Source: the human T2T-CHM13v2.0 reference genome, Homo sapiens. Taken from it: DNA of 64,000 bases. Both the position numbers and the translations under genes were made by a program. Shown one piece after another: positions 57,513 through 64,000 of this stretch (within the stretch, counting starts at the first letter, position 1; each line of letters starts with the position of its first letter). The DNA lies in the NCBI RefSeq assembly GCF_009914755.1, contig NC_060936.1. One strand, written 5' to 3'. The notes below the pieces were generated by a model. It was not told where the DNA came from. It made no database searches and saw only the letters and a list, made by a program, of their open reading frames with translations.

Positions 57513-59680
57513 CAGAGCATTCTTCAACAGAAATAGCGTGAGCCACATATGTAACTTTAAATTTTCTAATACCCATATTAAAACTTTTTAAATAGGTAAA
57601 ATTTAATGTTTATTTGACCCAATTTACTTAAAATATTAGTATTTCAAAACAAAAATTACTAATAAAATATTTTACATTCTTTTTGTGTACTATGTCTTCA
57701 TAATCAGATGTGCAATTTATACTTTTAGCACATGTCAATTCAGACAGTAAACTTTAATTGAAAATACACAATCTATATTTAGACTTTGTAGAATTACAGT
57801 TGAAAAAGTGGATTCATATAACCAAGTTTTTCTAAACATAAAGTTTTCAAATAACTGAATTGAACACCAAAAATCATTTTCCTTTAATATTTGGACCTAT
57901 GTTGATAAAACTGGTTCATTACTTTTAAAAGAATTAAGTTGACTTTGAAATATAACCATTTCAACTTTAAAATTATGTCTGCCCAAGTTTAAGTAAATTC
58001 TCTGACTCAGCAATATTAATAGAAAAGTCAAAGGGGTATTGCATAAATTTTAAAACAGCTCTAAATTTATCAACATTAATAAAGCTTTCTTCAAATTTGT
58101 TTTGTTTTTGCAATACATTTCCATAATGCTATTGACCATCAATGGATGGATGGATACAGAAAATGTGGCATGTATATACAATGGAATACTGTTGAGCCTT
58201 AATAAAAGAAGAAAATTCTGCCATTTGTGACAGTATGGATGAACCTGGGGGACATTATGCTAAGTTAAACAAACCAGGCACAGTAAGACAAATACTGCAT
58301 GACCTCACTTGTATGTGGAATCTAGAAAAGTCAAACTCATATAAGCAGGGAGTAGAATAATGGTTACCAGACGTTGGAGAGGTGGGTGGAAGGAGAAAGG
58401 CAGAATGTTAGTCGAAAGGAGAATGTTAGTCTAAGTTGCAGTTAGAGGAGAGGATTAAGCTTTAGGGATCTATTGCACAGTATGGTGACTATAGTTAATA
58501 CATTGTATATTTCAAAATTGCTAAAAAATAGATTTTAAATTTTAAATGTTCTCACTACAAATAAATAGTAGGTATGTGAGGTGATGGATATGTTAATTAG
58601 TTTGATTTATCCATTCCATTATGTATACATATATCAAAACATTACACTGTATCCCATAAATATATACACCTATTATTTGTCAATTAAAGATCAATTTAAA
58701 AATGAAAAATTTAAAAAAATACATAGATGACTAGGACATAGAGTATACCCTATAAGAGAGAGACATAAATAACATGCATGTATTTTAAATATTCAAAAAT
58801 TTTTTCATATTGATTCATATTAATGTGTAAAATAATTATATTGATTTGTTTTATGAAAAGCTCTGTTTCAACACAACTCTTTGTGTCCTTCTCACTAATA
58901 AGCTCTTCCTTTCCTTGGAGCTTCAAACTTAGCTTCTTCATGTGTAGTGTGATATCAAGAAAATGTAGGCACATTGCCATTTCTTTACTTACTAAGAAAA
59001 GATATTTTTAATATACTTCAAACTGTGCAATAAATCAATAAAGGAATTTTTTTGTTTTAAAAGTCAAAAAATCTGGATTTTTGATCTAATATAACAGGAA
59101 TACCACATGTTGTGATAGATACTAATGTTTTCACATTTAGTAGAAATTATTTCTTTGATGTAAATTTTAAAAATCTATTTCATGAGTTTGATTATTTAGG
59201 CTATGAGTTGAAAATATTTTTTAATTTAGCAAATCTGAAGGTTGAGAGAAAGCATACTCAAAGTGTTAATTAGGCAGTGTCTCATGTCACATGACTTACC
59301 TATAGCTAATGAAAAATATCTGCAATTAAACATGTTCTTAATAAGTTACATATGACATTATTTAGGAAGGTTTTTGTATTCAATGAACAGTTGTTTGGTG
59401 GTTTAATTGAAGAGCTTTTGGTTGTTTTTGGCAAAATATCTTCATTAGTTTTTTCCTCAAATTTTCTAGCAAAATTTTCATTACTGAAATTACTTCTTTT
59501 ACCAGATCTCACTTAAAATGTTCTTCCCTTTGTTTGGAACCTAATCCATTTTATAGCTGGCAAAAATTACAAGCTCAAATCCTTCCAAAAATTGTTTTTA
59601 TATTTTGTGTTGGATATTTAATTTTGATTCAGGCAAATAATTTTCACTGATTTTTTTTTTTACTGTTAAGAGCAAATGTC
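57513..59680 (-). mobile_element. Charlie5/MER33-family hAT transposon with transposase remnants, split by L1MA and truncated by L1PB
   Basis: MER33-like end (gagccacatatgtaactttaaattttcta). Minus-strand peptides FLDITLHMKKLSLKLQGKE (ORF 58750-58980) and CRYFSLAIGKSCDM (about 59285-59325) resemble Charlie/GTF2IRD2-type transposase motifs. Confidence 0.72.
58136..58715 (+). mobile_element. L1MA8-like 3' end
   Basis: ccatcaatggatggatggatacagaaaatgtgg...gatctattgcacagtatggtgactatagtt...ttgtcaatt, then an A-tail. Confidence 0.85.
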
Positions 59681-59684
59681 TTTT

Positions 59685-62600
59685 TTTAAAAAAAAATTCA
59701 ATAGCTTTTGAGGTATAAGTGGTTTTATGTTACACGCATGAATTATATAGTGGTGAATTCTGAGATTTTTGTGCACCCATCACCCATGTAGTCTACATTG
59801 TACCTAATGTGTAGTTTGTTTTTTTATCCCTAGCTACCCTCTCACCCTCCTGCTTCTGAGTCCATTATATCACTCTATGATGCCTTTGCTGACACATGGC
59901 TTACCTCCCATTTATAACTGAGAACATATGGTTTTTGGTTTCACACTCCTGTGTTACCTCACTTAGAATAATGGCCTCTAGCTTCATGCAAATTGATGCA
60001 AAATACATTATTTTGTTCCTTTTAATGGCTGAGTAGTATTCCATGGCATATATATACTACATTTTATATACTACATTTTCTTTATCCACTCATTAGTTGA
60101 TGTGCACTTAGCTTGCTTCCACATCTTTGCAATTGTGAATTGTGCTGCTATAAACATATGTGTGCCAGTATCTTTTTCATATAATGACTTCTTTTCCTTT
60201 GGGTAGACCTAGTAGTAGGATTGCTGTATCCATTGGTAGATCTACATTTAGCTCTTTAAGGAACCTCCATACTGTTTTCCACAAAGGTTGTACTAATTTA
60301 CATTCTCACCAGCAGTGAATAGGTGTTCCCCTTTCCCCACATCCACACCAACATTTGTTGTTTGACTTTTTAGTAATGGCCATTCTTGCAGGAGTAAGGT
60401 GGTTTGAATTTGCATTTCCCTGATTAGTGATGCTGAACATTTTTTTCATATGTTTATTAGCTATTTGTATATCTCCTTTTGAGAAATGTCTATTCATATT
60501 CCTTGTCAAGTTTTTGAAGGAATTATTTGCGGGTTTTTTGTTTTTTGTTTTTTCTGATTTGAGTTCCTTGTAGATTCTGGATACTAGTCCTTTGTCGGAT
60601 GCACAGTTTGCAAATATTTTCTCCCATTCTGTGGGTTGACTGTTTACTCTGATAATTATTTATTTTGCTATGCTAAAGTGTTTTAGTTTAATTAGGTCCC
60701 ATTTACTTTTGTTTTTGTTGCATTTGCTTTTGGGGTCTTAGTCATGAATTCTCTGCCTTGGCTGATGTCTACATAAGATTTTTCAACATCGTCTTCCAGA
60801 ATTTTTACAGTTTCATGTCATATATTTAAGTCTTTGATCCATCTTGAGTTGATTTTTATATGTGGTGAGAGATAGGGAACCAGTTTCATTCTTCTACATG
60901 TGGCTTGCCAGTTTTCCCAGCACCATTTATTAAATAGGGTGTCCATTCCCAAATTTATGTATTTGTCTGCTTTGTCAAAATCACTTGGCTGTATGTATTT
61001 GGCTTTATTTCTGGGTTCTCTATTCTGTTCCATTTGTCTATGTGCCTACTTTTATACCAGTATCATGCTGTTTTGGTAATTATAGCATTGCAGTATAATT
61101 TGAAGTCTGGTAATGTGATGCCTCCAGATTTGTTCTTTTTGCTTAGGGTCACTTTGGCTATTTGGGCTCCTTTTGTGGTTCCATATGAATTTTAGAATGG
61201 TTTTTTATAATTCTGTGAAAAATAATGTTGGTATTTTGATGGGAATTGCATTGAATCTATGAATTGCTTTGGGCAGTATGGTCATTTTTCCATGAGCATG
61301 GGGTGAGTTTTCATTTGTTTGTGTCATCTATGATTACTTTCAGCAGTGTTTTGTAGTTTTCCTTGTAGAGATCTTTCACCTTCTTGGTTAAGTATGTTCC
61401 TAGGTATTTTTATTTTTTTGCAGCTGTTGTAAAAGGGATTGAGTTATTGATTTGATTCTCAGTGTGATCATTGTTGGTGTATAGCAGTGCTATGGATTTG
61501 TGTACACTGATTTTGTAACCTGAGAATTTACTGAATTTGTTTATCAAATCCAGGAGTCTTTTGGAGAGTTTTTAGAATATTCTAAATATAAAATATCATC
61601 TGCAAACAGCAATAGTTTGACTTCTATTTGAATGCCTTTTATTTCTTTATCTTGCTTAATTGCTCTGGCTAGGACTTCCAGGAATATGCTGAAAAGGTAT
61701 GGTGGAAGTAGGCAAGCTTGTTTTGTTCCTGTTCTCGGTGGGGGGAATGCTTTCAACTTTTTCCCATTCCATATGATGTTGGCTGTGGGTAGGTCATATA
61801 TAGCTTTTATTATTTTGAGATAGGTCCCTTCTATGCCTCATTTGTTGAGAGTTTTTATCACAAAAGTATGCTGGATTTTGTCAAATGCTTTTTCTGCATC
61901 TATTGAGATGATCATATCATTTTTGTTTTTAATTCTGTTAATGTAATGTATCACACTTATTGACTTGCATATGTTAAACCATCCCTGCATCCCTGGGAGG
62001 AAACCCACTTGATCATGATGAATTATCTTTTTGATGTGCTGGATTTGGTTAGCTAGTATTTTGTTCAGGATTTTTGCATCTACGTTCATCAGGGTAATTA
62101 GTCTATAGTTTTCTTTTTTTTGTTGTGTCCTTCCTGGTTTGGGCATCAGGCTGATACTGGCTTCATAGAATGATTTAGGAAGGATTCCCTCTTTCTTAAC
62201 CTTTTGGAAGTTTCAGTAGGATTGGTACCAATTCTCTTTTTAATGAATGTCTGGTAGAATTCAGCTGTGAATCCATCTGGTCCTGGGCTTTTTTGTTGTT
62301 GGCAATTTTAAAATTATGGATTCAATCCACTGCTTGTTTTTGGTGTCTTTATGGTTTCTATTTCTTCTTGATTTAATCTATGAGTGGTGTATGTTTCCAG
62401 GAATTGACCCATTTCCTCTAGGTTTTCTAGTTCATGTGTGTATAGGTGTTCACAGTAGCATCCAATGATCTTTTGTATTTTTGTGGTATTGGTTGTAATG
62501 TATCCAGTTTCATTTCTAATTGAGCTTATTTGAATCTTCTCTCTTCCTCACCTGGTTAATCTAGCTAATGATCTATCTATTTTGTTTATTTTTCAAAGAA

Positions 62601-63405
62601 TCAGCTTTTTATTTCATTAATCTCTTATATTTATTTGTTTGAATTTCATTTACTTTTGCTTTGATCTTTGTTATCTTTTTTCTTCTGCTAGCTTTGGGTT
62701 TAGTTTGTTCTTGTTTCTCTAGTCCCTTGAGATACAACATAAGGTTGTTAAAATTTGTGCCCTTCCAGTTTTTGATGTGGGCATTGAGCACTATAAACTT
62801 TCCTTTAGCACTGCTGTTGCTGTATCCCAGAGAATTTGATAACTTATTTCATTATTATCATTCAATTCAAATAATTTTTAAAGTTCCATCTTAATTTCAT
62901 TGTTAGCTCAGATATCATTGAGGAGCAGGTTATTTAATTTCCATGCGTTTTTATAGTTTTGAGGGTTCCTTTTTGAGTTGATTTCTGGTTTTATTTTGCT
63001 GTGGTTTGAGAAGACACTTATGATTTCGATTTTTAAAAATTTATTGAGGCTTCTTTTCTGGCCTGTCATATGGTCTATCTTGAAGAATGTTACGTGCTGA
63101 TGAGAAGAATGTATATTCTATTGTTCTAGGGTAAAATGTTCTGTAAATATCTGCTAAGTACATTTGTTGTATTATGCCATTTAAGTCCACCGTTTCTTTG
63201 TTGATTTTACGTCTCAAAGATCTGTCTAGTGGTGTCAGTGGTAAATTAAAATCTTCCACTATTGTTATGTTGCTATCTCATTTTTTAGGTCTAGTAGTAA
63301 TGTTTCATAAATCTGGGAGCTCCAGTGTTAGGTGTATATATATTTAGGATGGTAATATCTTTTTGCTGGGTTGACCCTTTTATCATTATATAGTGACCGT
63401 CTTTG

Positions 63406-63436
<31 letters not shown>

Positions 63437-64000
63437 TACCATTGGTGCTTTGAAGTCAGTTTTGTTTGATATAAGACTAGCTACTCCTGCTTGCTTTTGT
63501 TTCCGTTTGTGTGGAATATCTTTTTCCACCCTTTTGCCCTCAGTTTATATGAATCCTTCCACAAGGATTCATATAATGAATCTCCTGAAGACAGCCAATA
63601 TTTGGATTGTGATATTTTAAAATCCATTCTGCCATTCTGTACCTTTTAAGTGGAGCATTTAGGCCATTTACATTCAACGTTAATATTGAGATGTGAGATT
63701 CTGTTCTCTTCATCATAGTAATTTTTACTTAGTTTTTTTCATTATGTCATTGTTTTATAGGCCTTGTGAGTTTTAAGCTTTCCAAAGGTTCGATTTTGAT
63801 ACATATTGGGCTTTTCTTCAACGTTTAGAACACCTTTTAGCACTTCTTGTAGTGCTGGTTTGGTAATGACAAATTCCCTCAAGATCTGTCTGAAAATCAC
63901 TTTATTTCTTCTTCATTTGTGAAACTTAGTTTTGTGGGATATAAAATTCTTGGCTGACAGTTGTTCTGTTTAAGAAGGTTGAAGATAGGACCCCACACCT
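59685..64000 (-). mobile_element. L1PB3/4-type LINE (3' UTR, ORF2, end of ORF1), continuing beyond the window
   Basis: Antisense L1PB 3' UTR (caatagcttttgaggtataagtgg...tagtggtgaattctgagatt); minus-strand ORF2 peptide fragments (e.g. 61838-62146, [17 protein letters not shown]). Confidence 0.9.

Noticed and set aside
57246-57536. 96-aa ORF with a hAT dimerisation motif as a domesticated transposase exon
   Set aside because: Degenerate, frameshifted right after the motif, interrupted by another transposon and antisense to the host gene.

Overview
Human (primate) genomic DNA, AT-rich and dominated by interspersed repeats. The only clear protein-coding exon is 137 nt on the minus strand (22328-22464; ...DNASEVAVTTPGTSNHRNSSTGPTPDCSPPSPDTALKNIVKVIRPQ). 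From memory it matches the linker between the ankyrin repeats and the SAM/PTB domains of ANKS1B (AIDA-1/EB-1), probably exon 11 of the long isoform, so the rest of the window is the two flanking introns. These contain a full-length but mutated L1PA3-type element (41959-48112), a full-length L1PB1-type element (33945-40098), a partial minus-strand L1PB (59685-64000), older L1M, L2 and MIR fossils, Alus, MaLR/ERV1/ERVL solo LTRs and hAT DNA-transposon fossils, several of them nested with visible target-site duplications (TSDs). The most interesting non-repeat signal lies 0.6-0.9 kb downstream of the exon: two splice acceptors, a possible 27-nt GC-donor microexon, short in-frame tails with stops, and tandem AATAAA signals. 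Together these suggest an alternative last exon giving an ankyrin-only ANKS1B isoform. Repeat subfamily calls come from remembered consensus sequences, not from a search, and boundaries without a TSD are approximate.
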